Source: the human T2T-CHM13v2.0 reference genome, Homo sapiens
Assembly: GCF_009914755.1 (NCBI RefSeq)
Contig: NC_060928.1
Direction: 5' to 3' (one strand)
DNA length: 64,000 nt
How positions within the stretch are numbered: position 1 is the first letter of the stretch; the number at the start of each line of letters is the position of its first letter. The notes beneath the pieces were generated by a model. The model did not search any database. It was not told where the DNA came from and saw nothing but the letters and a program-made list of their open reading frames with translations. The translations under genes were made by a program, and so were the position numbers. Positions 18,615 through 34,097 of this stretch are shown one piece after another.

Positions 18615-19675
18615 TTATAATTTGGCATGTTTTTGCAGTGGCTAGTACCAGTTGTTCCTTTCCATGTTTATTGCTTCCTTCAGGAGCTGTTTTAGGGCAG
18701 GCCTGGTGGTGACAAAGTCTCTCAGCATTTGCTTGTCTGTAAAGGATTTTATTTCTCCTTCACTCATGAAGCTTATTTTGGCTGGATATGAAATTCTGGG
18801 TTGAAAATTCTTTTCTTTAAGAATGTTGAATATTGGCCCCCACTCTCTTCTGGCTTGTAGAGTTTCTGCCAAGAGATCAGCTGTTAGTCTGATGGGCTTC
18901 CCTTTGTGGGTAACCCGACCTTTATCTCTGGCTGCCCTTAACATTTTTTCCTTCATTTCAACTTTGGTGAATCTGATAATTATGTGTCTTGGAGTTGCTC
19001 TTCTCGAGGAGTATCTTTGTGGCATTCTCTGAGTATCTTTGTGGCATTCTCTGAGTATCTTTGTGGCATTCTCTGTATTTCCTGAATTTGAATATTTGCC
19101 TGCCTTCCTAGATTGGGGAAGTTCTCCTGGATAATATCCTGCAGAGTGTTTTCCAACTTGGTTCCATTCTCCCTGTCACTTTCAGGTACACCAATCAGAC
19201 GTAGATTTCGTCTTTTTACATAGTCCCATATTTCTTGGAGGCTTTGTTCATTTCCTTTTATTCTTTTTTCTCTAAACTTGTCTTCTCACTTCATTTCATT
19301 CATTTCATCTTCCATCACTGATACCCTTTCTTCCAGTTGATCGAATCGGCTACTGAAGCTTGTGCATTCGTCACGTAGTTCTCGTGCCATGGTTTTCAGC
19401 TCCATCCGTTCGTTTAAGGACTTCTCTGCCTTGGTTATTCTAGTTAGCCATTCATCTAATCTTTTTTCAAGGTTTTTAACTTCTTTGCCATGGGTTCAAA
19501 CTTCCTCCTTTAGCTGGGAGAAGTTTGATCATCTGAAGCCTTCTTCTCTCAACTCGTCAAAGTCATTTTCCATCCAGCTTTGTTCCGTTGCTGGTGAGGA
19601 GCTGCGTTCCTTTGGAGGAGGAGAGGCGCTCTGATTTTTAGAATTTTCAGTTTTTCTGCTCTGTTTTTTCCCCAT
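18615..19675 (-). pseudogene. L1 ORF1p, disrupted
   Basis: RYSSRRATPRHIIIRFTKVEMKEKMLRAAR...; ATG at 19675; 22-bp triplication at 19009-19074 breaks the frame. Confidence 0.92.
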
Positions 19676-21242
19676 CTTTGTGGTTTTATCTACCTTTGGT
19701 CTTTGATGATGCTGACGTACAGGTGGGGTTTTGGTGTGGGTGTCCTTTCTGTTTGTTAGTTTTCCTTCAAACAGAAAGGACCCTCAGCTGCAGGTCTGTT
19801 GGAGTTTGCCAGAGGTCCAGTCCAGACCCTGTTTTCCTGGGCATCAGCAGTGGAGGCTGCAGAACAGCGAATATTGTTGAAGAGCAAATGTTGCTGCCTG
19901 TTTGTTCCTCTGGAAGTTTTGTCTCAGAGGTTTACCCGGCCGTGTGAGGTGTCAGTCTGCCCCTACTGGGGGGTGCCTCCCAGTTAGGCTACTCAGGGGT
20001 CAGGACCCACTTGAGGAGGCAGGCTGTCTGCTCTCACATCTCAAGCTGTGTGCTGGGAGAACCACTACTGTCTTCCAAGCTGTCAGACAGGGACATTTAA
20101 GTCTGCAGAGGTTTCTGCTGCCTTTTATTTGGCTATGCCCTGCCCCCAGAGGTGGAGTCTACAGAGGCAAGCAGGCCTCCTTGAGCTGTGGTGGGCTCCA
20201 CCCAGTTCGAGCTTCCTGGCCGCTTGTTTACTTGCTCAAGCCTCAGCAATGGTGGGAGCCACTCCCCCAGCCTCGCTGCCACCTTGCAGTTTGATCTCAG
20301 ACTGCTGTGCTAGCAATGAGCAAGGCTCCTTGGGCATAGGACCATCCGAGCCAGGCACGGGATATAATCTCCTGGTGTGCCATTTGCTAAGACCGTTGGA
20401 AAAGTGCAGTATTAGGGTGGGAGTGACCAGATTTTCCAGGTGCCGTTTGTCACCCCTTTCCTTGGCTAGGAAAGGGAATTCCCTAACCCCTTGCACTTCC
20501 TGGGTGAGGTGATGCCTCGCCTGGCTTTGGCTCATGCACGGTGCGCTGCACCCACTGTCCTGCACCCACTCTCCAACAATCCCCAGTGAGATGAACCCAG
20601 TACCTCAGTTGGAAATGCAGAAATCATCTGTCGTCTGCGTTGCTCACGCTGGGAGCTGTAGACTGGAGCTGTTCCTATTCGGCCATCTTGGACAGGGGTT
20701 TTCTGAAGTGTATTTCTTAAACATGATACCACCAGTACTGAGCCACATGGGTTCTGGACATATAATTCATTATTCAACAGCATTTCATATCTCTTTACCA
20801 CATGCTAGGCCAGTGTAGGATCTGTATATGCAAAGAAAATCATGTTGGCCTCCACTCTCAAGAGGTCAGATGGTCTCTGGTAGAGATAGATATACATGTA
20901 AAGAGTGAAATGAAGTGTTTCAAGTACTGAGATGTACCAGATAAAAGCTTTTACACCAGATGCATGTTTTTAAAACATGAAAACAAGGATATTCAGAGTT
21001 GCTGGGAATTGGGGACACCAGGAAGATCCTCACAACTCCAGAGATGTTCCTGACTGACCCTGGAGGTGGCAAAGGAAGAGAGACCAGAGGGTGGTGAGGA
21101 AGGGAACCATGTGCTGTTTTCCCCCCGGAAATACTCTGAGCTCCTATATTTTTCTTTGGAAACATTGAAAGTTTGATTTGTAATCAAGAAAAGCCAAGAG
21201 GGGCAGCGTGATCTCCTCATGATTTGAAAGGTAACTCTGGGG

Positions 21243-21555
<313 letters not shown>

Positions 21556-23501
21556 AAAGATAACTTTATAGCATTCATAGCAGGAGAAAAACAGAGGACA
21601 AAGTCAGATTACTGTGTTCCACAATTTGTACAGTACAAGATTTCTAAGGAGAAAAAGCGAAAAGTGAAAAGTGCACTATTCTATTGCAAGACATAGCAAG
21701 TAATTGCCAACTTCCTTCAAAACTGAAACATGAATGTTCATGCTTATAGCAAATGTCATTGCACAATTAAAGGCACAGTGTGCCTAACGTATGGCATTGT
21801 CAGCGTGTGAGTAATCTGTGTGTTATGTTTGACACGAGACATATGAGGTGTCATGACTAACTAAGGATACATTCTGTCCTGGCAGTTTCAATAGCATGAA
21901 GCATGACAATAATGGGGAGGGAAAATGAAGCCAAATACGTGGAGAGAGAGATATGTGTTTTTTTTGAGACAGAGTCTCACTCTGTTGCCCAAATATATGA
22001 ATACATTTTTAAAAATCGTGTCTTCTATTTCATGGACTTTACTTTTCATCTTGCATGAAAAGTGAGAAAGGAAGTATAAAGTGCAATTGAATCAAGCTTC
22101 TCTTTTCGAAGTTGGTCATTACCTTATATAAGAATGTGTTTCTGTGCCTCTGTCTTTCAGTGAGGAGAAGGAGGGAGATGTGGGAGAGGAACAAGCTTGA
22201 CATCTCCCTAGTGCTCAGTTATTGCCAGTAACTGTGCTGGTGTGTTATCTGTGCTGTCACTGACGCAGAGCAGCAGGAGGGGTTGGCGTTAGAGTGAACT
22301 CTAGGAACAGGCTCTAGGGTGGGGGTCCTGGTTCAGCCACTTAGCACTGTGACTGAGCAAATTCTCAACTAGCCATAGCAACTAACAGGGCATTGAGAGT
22401 TTGCCCTGTGTGAGGCACCATATCAAGTATTCTCCTATTATTTTTCGAATCCTCACAACATCCTTCTACACAAGATAGAAGAAATTGAGGTAAAGTTAAG
22501 GCAGAAGGAATGGCATAAAGAGGAAAAACATCTGGGTTCTAGAGTAATACTGCTGGTGTTCATGTCACCGCTAGACCACTTATTACCTGTGTCACTGTTG
22601 GCAAATTATTACATTCTCTTGAGACAGCTAGGGCATACTTTGAATAGGGTTTGGCACATAGGAAGAGCTCAGTAATATCAACTCCTATTGTGACTCAGTG
22701 AAATGGCAGGTATCCCTGTTTGTGAAGTACATTAACTGCTTAGTCTTGAGGAACAGAGAGAACAGATATCATGACTTGAGGACACTGGTTTGAGGCCAGA
22801 AAATGTACATACAGCTATTGTAGGCTGGTATTGAGGACTGTGCGCGTGCTCACTGGTCCGTGTCTACTCCAACAGTGCATGTTCCTCTTTCAGTTCCTCT
22901 TTGGGGTCTGGGTGGGGAGAAGTGCAAAGGGAAGAGGTGTCATGCCTTTGTGATTTCTTTCAAGAGCAAATCAAGGCTTCCAGTAATGAGTACCCTAGAG
23001 TGTCAAGACATTCTCTAGCCAAAAGGCCACCAGCTTCCCAATAAGGAGAGTATCTGTGACATGTAGCACACCCAACAGAAATAAACCTCATGAACTCAGA
23101 ATTCTATCTGGGGGGACTCTTTATTTGTGCTCCAGAACTTTGAAGGCTAGTAGTAAGGCCCATTCAAAATATAAAGACATTTCTATGTTATAATACTCAG
23201 AGGATTCTTTAATCAAAATTTGCGAACATGGCAAAAAGCTAGTTTAAAAAGATGAAACTCTCACTGATGTAATGAAAAATTTATCAGTTATGTATTTATC
23301 TCACTAAGTGATGAATTAGTTTATGCTTAAGCTCATTTTCAACACTGGTGCTCAGATTTTACAAAATTGCTTTTAATTACCAAACCCCCCCAAGACTCAG
23401 AAGGCAGCCAGTATAAGGGCAGTTGTCTGTTTTTTTAGAGGGAACATGAATAAATGCATTCATGCTTCTCCTTACGAATCACTACTCTTTCTAAGGCTCT
23501 A

Positions 23502-23665
23502 TTTTTTTTTTTAAGGGATGGGGTCTCCATCCCTCTGTCACCAAGGCTGGAGGGCAGTGGTGCTATCCCAGCTTACTGCAGCCTCTGACTCCTGGGCTCA
23601 AGCAATCCTCTCTCCTCAGCCTCCCAAAATGCTAGGATTACAGCTGTGAGCCACCGTACCCAGCC
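23502..23665 (-). mobile_element. Alu monomer
   Basis: Poly-T, ggctggagggcagtgg...gagccaccgtacccagcc. Confidence 0.8.
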
Positions 23666-24317
23666 GTCTTTAATTTTAAAGGAGCAGTCTGAGCTCTGTT
23701 GGCCAAGAAGGGCTGTAGATGCTGGAGGCCTCTTCTACAACCAGCCCAAGTTCCCTGCCACTTTGACAATCTGAGTGAGGGTCTTGGCTTGGCAGCCCCA
23801 GAGCCAATGAATGGCTAGAGACCCATCCATAATCCAGAGCAAAATTCCCATTTCTGTTTGGTTATTCTTTTCTTTTCCTCATCTTATCCATTCTCTAGGT
23901 TTTATTTCCAGCCTATTATGATGTATATTTGGTCTGGCTAGATAAGACAGTCTCCAAACAGAGACAGAATGATCTTGAGAAGAAGATAGCAACATCATTT
24001 GAATGGTTTCCATGGATTTTATTTGGGGTTAATTGATCTTAGCATCTCCTAAGTAACCTGAATGGTTCAAAATGCAGCCTTCAGTTTTTCCTGTCTGACT
24101 ACAGTTAGGTCTTGATTGAGATCACCATGGTAATCTGTTTTAAAGTATGAAAAAGGGCCTGCTTAAGGCCAACTAGCAGAGAGAAGGTATATCTCCAGGT
24201 TTGAGGCACATGCTGTTGTCTGCTTCTTTCTAAAGACACCACCTTCTGTTTCCAATGTGAAAAGAGATAAACAGAAATTTCAAATGATCTGGTAAGGATA
24301 ATAAAATAGAGTATGCA

Positions 24318-24637
<320 letters not shown>

Positions 24638-27030
24638 CTATTATCCAATAAGATAAACCATAAATAATTCCTAAGATTACCTTAATAGTATTTTCTGATA
24701 TAAGAAATTAGCTTTAAAATCCTATAATTATAAAATTATAAAATTAAATTATGTAAAATAGGGTAAAGTTATTCCTTAAAGGTTATATATATGATTAAAA
24801 CATAAAAGATTAAATGGCTTCTGGCCACTGCTGGCAATGGCTAGTTTCTCTTTAGTATATGGGTAGCCTGGGAAGAGATGAAGAGTAAGGGAAGGGGTTA
24901 GAACTGGGTCTTCCCTAAGTCTCATTATCCCCGTCCTGCCTCCCTTACAGCCCCCTCTGCAACAGATAGGAGAGATTTGGGGAGCATCAGCCTGACTTGC
25001 CATGCAGGGTAAGACAGGAGAGGGATTGTCCTGTTCTGTGCAGAGGAGGCCCCCATGGTACCCCCATCTCCCCACCAGGCTGTTGGAGACTTGAGAGGTA
25101 AATGAGGGTCAGAGAGTGGCCTTGTTCCTCCCAGGATCAGGCTGTGATGTGTGCATGCTGCTTAGGTGGAAGCTCTGCCCCTTCCCACACCCTTCCCTGT
25201 GCATCCCAGGGGACTCCCCCAGCAGGTAGGTAGGACCTGGACAGAGCTTAATGCCTTGAGCATTTGCAGAAGCTTCACTATCTGCTCTGTCACTTTTGGC
25301 ATTGAGGCAACTGCCATCTGTTCTTGGAAAAGGCAAAAAGATGATCCATATGTCAAGGTGAAAGAAAGAACTTGAGGTGTATCTGCAATATTTCCTTTTC
25401 TCTTACCCTTTGATTCTGCTTGAGATCCTTTGTTCCTTGGCGGTCAGCCCTTTGCAATACTGAACAGAGAAGCCAAACCAAAGGTACCCCGGTGGGGGTA
25501 GGTAGCTCCACATAGGAAAAGGATCAAGAAGAAAAATTCAGCAAGGAAGCGGGGGCAGGGGAGAACTAAACAAACAAGTCAAATGTGAAGAGGGTTGCTG
25601 TGTATTGTGTTACGATTTCCTATCCCTTCTCCCAATGGCCATATCCTAATCACCCTCATTCAGCAAATCCCATTATAGTCCTTTCTATTTCAGAAAATAT
25701 TTTTAATCAATCATTTTAAACAGTTAAAAACTAACAAATATGCCTACTGTGCATCAGGGGTTTTTTAGGTTATTTAAAAATACTTGAACCCTCATAATAA
25801 CACTCTGAAGTAGGAACATTATTCTTACTTGATTATTGAGGAGACTGATGCAGAGAAGATAAACAGCTCAAAGTCACATGGGTAGAAAGTGACAAATCTG
25901 GGCTTCAAATTCATAGTCTGGCTTCTGTGTCTATGCTTTTAGCCACTGCGCTGTGTTGCTTCTCTTACATTTTTACATTAGATCTTTATTAAACATATAA
26001 AAATGAATATAATATCCTGGTAAAAAAATTAAGTCATTATAAATAAAATCATTTCTGGACTGTTCCCCATCCTCAATTCTGGCTCTTTTTCTGTTTAGAG
26101 AGAATCATATCTTTGCACAGCTTTTATCTCCTATATACTTTCATGCATGTGTATACACACATGTCTATGCATACACATATACACACACGTATATAAGTAC
26201 AAATATATATATCCACATACATATATGTGCACACATATATGTATATGCATTACATATAATTGTAGAAAATACATATTGTTTGTGTGTTTAGTTTTTTACT
26301 TTGTATTACTCAACAATGTGTCTTGGAGATCTTCCTTGTCTACGTATAATACAGCTGCATTTTTAAAAATTGTTGCGTTATTTCATGGTGCAGATACATT
26401 ATGTCTTATATAAGCAAACCCCTAATGAGAATGGAACATTTAGGTCTTTTCCCCCTATTTCATACTCTTTCAAACAGTGCAGCAGCAATGACCGTCTTTG
26501 TACATATTTCCTGTGTGTGCAGATGAGTATTCCAGCCTATGTTGTTTTTGGGTACATCATCTGCTATGACAGGCTCAGGAGGACCTGATATAATCAGGTA
26601 ACTCTATAGCAACAGGATGCTTTATTTTTCATATTTTCTTAGAATGATAAAACTTAATTCCTTTGGGCCCTGATATTGATTTAGAGGTCTTAAAGTTTTC
26701 TCTTAAATTGTCTCACTTGTTTTTAGGCTAAAGTTTCCTGTTATTTCTTTCTAAACTGAATATGAGGCTCTTTAACAGAACAGACAGAGCAAAATTGGAA
26801 CTGCATATTTCTGCCTTTTCGTGACATGAACTTTGTGTTGCCAGTGACAATTTTGATTTATAAGATAATGTACACAGGCAAAAAGTAGAAAATATATTTT
26901 AAATGTCCAATTTTTTTCAAGAAATAATAAAAAGTACAATGCAAGGAGGAAATTATTATCAACGTATTTCTAGGGAAGTAAAAGGTTAATGTATTGCAAA
27001 GCTTATCAAAGACTGTTAGTTGTTCCTCAG

Positions 27031-27779
<749 letters not shown>

Positions 27780-27959
27780 TATACTCAGTATACATACATC
27801 TTATCATAATCAGCTCCAGCAGTGGCCTCCAATGTGCCATGCGCCCTAGGACCTACACCTGATCAGTCTCCTCCCCTTGCATCTGTGCTAGGCCTGAGGC
27901 TTGTTTTAACTCATAAAATGTGGTTGAAGTGAGGCTGTGCCAGGCCCTAAGCATTAGGA

Positions 27960-28361
27960 AGGTCTGGCACTTAAAGTTTTGCACTTTGGGGAAGCCTAGG
28001 CTGCCATTTAAGAAGTCAGGCCACCCTTTAAGAGAGATCATGCAGAAAGGTCTTATGGAAAGGGAGAGACCTGAGTCTTTATGGAGAGACCTTTCTATAT
28101 GGAAAGGCCCAACACTCCACGCATGCCAGCTGAGGTCAGTCTTCCAGCCGTCCCTACCAAGGCACTGCAGATGCGAGTGAGCATGTTGGACATGATAGCT
28201 GCAACCATCATCTGACTTTAATTGCCTGGGAAACTCTAAGCAAGGTCAGTAGAGGGACTGCCCATTCAATTCACATAATTATGACCGATAATAAAAAGTT
28301 GATATATTTTAAGCCACTAGGTGTTGGAAAAGTTTGTTACATAGAAATACATAATTGAAAT
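27960..28361 (+). mobile_element. Old MLT1 (H-like) LTR fragment
   Basis: MaLR 3' end ttttaagccactagg...tttgttacatagaaatacataattgaaa. Confidence 0.55.
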
Positions 28362-28847
28362 ATTCCCTTCTTCTACAGCAATAAGACTTCCAAGAGACCA
28401 GCAGTGGTATGTCTTACTTCCCAGACATGTTCTTAAATCTCTTTCCTGCTTCTTCCTCCAACCTGCTTTATGGAATGTGGTCACAGGATCCACCCTAGAC
28501 AATATGCATGTACTATCCTAGAGACAGCTGAGTAACCAGGTTAAAGGAGCCTGGGTCCCTGCTATGCCAGTCCCAGACTATTACATGGAAGAGAAATGAA
28601 CTCCTTGTTTACTGTTATTTTGGGCTTCAGTTACAGCAACTTTGTCCATATTCTAATTAACATATAAGGGATGAAATGTTTTACAATCTTTTTCTTAGTA
28701 GGTTTCTCAGCATGTTTTACAATCTTTTTATCAGGAGGCCATTTTTCTACACTGAAGTAAATTAGGACATTGTTTCAAATGAAAGAAAAGGAATTAAAGG
28801 ATGAGAACATGAGATCATATATGGAGACATATGACAAGATTTCTTCA

Positions 28848-29167
<320 letters not shown>

Positions 29168-30374
29168 TCATTGAAGCTAAAGTTCAGTTCCTGCTGGACT
29201 CCTTCCCTATAGCGATAGTTATTACTGAATAAAATCTATCCTTCTGGCTTTAGCTAGTGTCCAGCTTAGTTCGTCTTTGACAGTCAGATTGTTGCTTGCA
29301 TTCAGCTTTTCCTGTTCTCCGTAGCCCTTGACTTGGTCTCATTCCTTATCACATTTTCGTACTGAAAATTGGAAGAGCAATGGTCAGACTCTCCTGAGAA
29401 AGGATGAACCTGGTTCACTCTGAAGCACAATAGAGGGTGTGTGTTAGCATCTGGCTAGGTTGTAGTCATTAGCATATTATCTGATTTTTTTTTTCTGAAT
29501 GGTTGACTCAATGTTGGGTAAGACTTAATAAAAATTCATTTTATCTGCTCTCCTTTTTCTCTCTTTCCCTCAATCTTTACAGTTTTCCCCCCTTAACTTT
29601 GCATCAGGGTGTTCCCAGGATATTGTGTCGGGGGTCTTAACTTACATTTGATGTATGAAATGAAATGCATTTTCCCAACATAGCTATGCTTAAGTAGAGC
29701 AAACTTCTGTGTTTTAACCCTCCCCTTTTTATGCCAGTTGAGTAGGGAGGAAGGAACATCCAGAGTAGAAGCCTCTGGGACATTGCTCCCTTGAGATTCA
29801 GGGTGAAGACTAATATCATTAGTCAAGGCCAGATGTGACTGGGTTTCTTGCCAAGAGATTGGTGAGAGCTTATCTGGGGATGGAATGACTTGACTGGACG
29901 TCTTGCCAACCCTGGAGTAACCCTTGTTGGCGGGGGGGAGATCCAGTGTTAGAACCAACGAGCTGGAGGTTGTGGGTGAGCACGGAGTCACACCATCTGC
30001 AATTCAAGTCAGTGACTGTGGATCTCCCAGACTCCCCTGCCCATCCGAAAGTGCCCATGAGCTGTGGTTATCAAGGACAAACTACCAGATGGGTGACTGT
30101 GCCAGCAGGACCAGCAAAATGGAAGCTGAGGAGCTGAGGAGCCTAACACCAACCACAAAACCCAAACTTCCCAGAGAGATGAAATTATTCACCCAGAAAC
30201 CACACAGGAGATGCTGCAGGACACTTTGAAATGTACTTAGTGAATACCCGGGAAATTTCACCTATGCTGCAGGCACTGTGTTAAATGCTTTGTGTACGTG
30301 ATCTCATCTGATTCTCTCAATATCCTAAGTGGGTAAGTTCCATTACTACCCCATTATAAAGAAAATGGAGCTGA

Positions 30375-30718
<344 letters not shown>

Positions 30719-31092
30719 GGGTGTACTCTTAGCAAGTGGCAGAGCAAGGACTGGAATGCATGATGTAATCCCTTGCTACTTCTCTGGTTTTATATCCTTA
30801 CCAGGCCATCTCTTGGTGACCCCATTGAACTTCTGGCTCTTCCTCTCAAAGCCAAGCATGCTCTCCACTAGTCCTGAGTGTGCTCTTTCCTCTGCTGGGC
30901 TCCCCTTCCCTCTGATAACTGAGTGGGTTTCTCCTTCCCTTCAACCAGGTCTCTGTTCAAATATCCCTTTTCAGTGAGGTCTTTAGCTCTCCTATCTAGA
31001 ATGGCATCCTTAACCCTTATTGATCTTTATCTCCAACAGCCTGCCTCATTTTTCCTTTTAGTTTAGCAGCTGTTTATTTCAGCCTGGACCTC

Positions 31093-31400
31093 TTTTTTTT
31101 TTTTTTTTTTTTTTTTTCTTTTAGAGATAAGGTCTCACTCTGTTGCCCAGGCTGTGGCTCAATCGTGGCTCACTGCAGCCTTGGATTCCTGGGCTCAAGT
31201 GATTCTCCTGCCTCAGCCTCCCAAGTAGCTGGAACTACATCTGCATGCCACTACACCCAGCTTATTATTTTATTTTTTGTAGAGATGGGGGTCTCACTAT
31301 GCTGCCCAGTCTTGTCTTAAACTCCTGGCCTCAAGCAGTCTTTCTGCCTCAGCCTCCGAAAGTGCTGGGATTATAAGCATGAGCCCTCACGCCTAGTCCA
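31093..31400 (-). mobile_element. Alu (AluJ-like)
   Basis: Poly-T, reverse-complement dimer; TSD tggacctct. Confidence 0.9.
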
Positions 31401-31990
31401 TGGACCTCTCTTCTGAACTCCAAGCTGTGATAACCAATTTCCAACTTGACATACCACTTGGCTGTCTATAAACTTCCTCGAGTTTACCATAAACTTACAA
31501 AAATGAGCCCTGATCTTCCTCCCGCCTTCCTTCAATCTGTTATTCTTGCAGTCTTCTTTATTTCAATGAATGGCACCTCTAGTCTTCCAATCCCTCAGAG
31601 CGAAAGTTTAGGGTCACCTTTCACTTCTCTCCTTTTCTCATTCCTCCTGCCCAATCTGTCAGGAAATCCTGTTCTCTACCCTCAACTTAGATCCCGGCTG
31701 CAAACACTTCACACTGCCTCCATGGGGTTCCCCCGGCCTCATCACCATCACTGCTTCTCGCCGAGATTATTGTGATAATCTCCTCACTGATCTCCCTGCT
31801 TCTGCTCTAGGTTTCTTCAGCTTATTCTCTGCATAGCAGCCAAAGTGATCTTTTAGAAATATGAGTCAGATCATGTCACTTTTCTGCTCAACACCCACCA
31901 ATAGGTTCCTGTCTCATTTAGAGTAAGAGCCACAGCCCTCACAATGGACTACCAGATCCTAAACTCTCTGGCTTTAGTTGCCTTTCTGAC
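31401..31990 (+). mobile_element. L2 LINE fragment
   Basis: tgaactccaa...aatggcacc...aatctgtcaggaaatcctg...cagccaaagtgatctttt...tcagatcatgtcact typical of L2 3' region. Confidence 0.7.
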
Positions 31991-33192
31991 CCTATCTCCT
32001 AGATAACTGTAGTATGTATTGGGAGAATGAATTAATCAATAGTATTTATTATATATCTACTTGTTTACATGATTGTTATCTATCTCTTCTAGAATATAAA
32101 CACCATGAGTACAGAGAATAGCAAATAGTAATACCAAATCAATATTTACACAATGAATGAATACACAGGTAAACCCAGACCATCTGATTTCAAAGCCCAT
32201 GAGCTTAATCCACTATACACCACACCACAAAACAGATGGGCTTTAGGTCATTCCAATTTTATTATGCACTCCAAATCTTCTGACCTTTCCCAATCATATA
32301 TATATATTTTTTTTTTTTTTTTTTTTTTTTTTACTTCTCTGTAGCAATTTGACACTAGCAATCTGCCTAGTTTTCTCTCTTAAAGGAGGTTTCTTGGCTT
32401 TATGTTTTTCTTCCATGCTAATGGTTACCAAATTCATTATTTCAAGTTCCAGACCTGGATTTTTAAATAGCTGCTGTGATGCGGCCTGGCTTTCCAGAAC
32501 CAGTAAGAAAACTCATGCCAAATGCTAGCACAGAGGATGACGCCAATGAGGATTAGTTCCCTTTCCTTTTGTCAGGACAAAGAAAACACACAAGTTGGTT
32601 CAACTTTAAGTTGGGACTGCAAATGGGGGAGACAGGAACGCAGGAGAGGGGGACAGCTCTTTGGGCAGCTGAACATTTCCCACAGTGTCTGCTGTGTGGG
32701 CTGCCCCCTCATTCACATTGGAATGGGGAAGTGAAAAACATCTCCTGTGCCCGCTCCCCGCCCAGACACATCTACATCCTTCCCCTTCACTGTAAAAACA
32801 GGTGCTCTTCCCCTCTGGAAAGGATTTTTGTCTAAGGGAGCCACGAATGCATTTTGGGTCATGTCCTTCTTGAGCATTTTAGCAGAAGGAGATTTCCAGC
32901 CACATCCCTTGGTAGATCTGTGATGTTGGGCAAGTCACATCACTTTCTTCATTTTGGGAAAAATGGATTCCTCATGTGTAGAATGGGTACATTATTTACT
33001 CTGTTTAGTATTGTAAGGCAATAGTACTTTCAGACATTAGATGTATACCATCATCATTTACATTATAATAAAAGTATTATATAAGGGAAGTACAATCTGT
33101 TTAGTCCTCCTGCAGTGTGTAAGCTAGTCTTATCTCAAAATTTAATCCTGAAGCACACAAAGACATACCTTTTGGCTTGTTTTTATTTTCTC

Positions 33193-33194
<2 letters not shown>

Positions 33195-33223
<29 letters not shown>

Positions 33224-33494
33224 GAGACAGGGCGTTGCTCTGTCACCCAGGCTGGAGTGCAGTGGCTCACTGCACTCTTGATCTCCTGGGTTCAAAGGAT
33301 CCTCCCACCTCAGCCTCCTGAGTAGCTGGGACTATAGACACGTGCCACCACACCTGGCTAATTTTTGTATTTTTTGGTAGAGATGAGGTCTCGCTGTGTT
33401 GCTCGGGCTGGTCTCAAACTCCTGGCATCAGGTGATCTTCCTGCCTCACCTCCCAAAATGCTGGGACTACAGGCGTGAGTCATGGCATCTGGCC
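33195..33494 (-). mobile_element. Alu (AluJ-like)
   Basis: Poly-T and reverse-complement dimer; tcagcttt repeated at both ends. Confidence 0.9.
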
Positions 33495-33810
33495 TTTTCA
33501 GCTTTATTGAAGTATAATTGACAAAAATTGTACCTATTCAAGGTATGCAAAGTGATTTTTTTTTTGCTTTTACTCTTGGCAAACTATGATACAACATGAC
33601 ATTTTAATATGCATACACATTGTGAAATGATCATCATAATCAAGCTAATCAACATATTCATCACCTCACCTACTTACCTTTGTGTGTGTGTTTGTGTGGT
33701 GAGAATACTTAAGGTCAACTGTTTTAGCAAATTTCAAGTATATGATACATTATTAATTATAGTCACTACGCAGCACATTAGGTCTCCAGCTTACTCATTT
33801 TATAACTGCA
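33495..33810 (-). mobile_element. Old L1M 3' end fragment
   Basis: tttattgaagtataattgac...atcaagctaatcaacatattcatcacctcac...ttagcaaatttcaagtata. Confidence 0.7.
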
Positions 33811-34097
33811 GGTTTGAAGCGTCTGCTTTTGGAGTAAGAAGCTGCATTACTTTATTACACCACAACTCCTCCAAACTGCATTTACTACAGTTTGAAGCTT
33901 TCCCCCAAGAGATTCCTAGGACCCTTATCAAAGAGAAAGTAGTAGCAGTTTTTTCAATTGAGACCTGTTCTGACCTTTCTTTCCACAGCTTAATCTTTCT
34001 TCCACTAATTTTTTAAAGTTTTGATTGTTACTGAGATGTAATAAAATGTAATAATATAAAATAACCTTTCAGATAAGATTTAAAGAAATAAAGGACC

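Noticed and set aside
32306-32332. Stand-alone poly-T run as a truncated retro-insertion (similar run at 50346-50367)
   Set aside because: No flanking TSD or poly(A) signal; treated as simple homopolymers.
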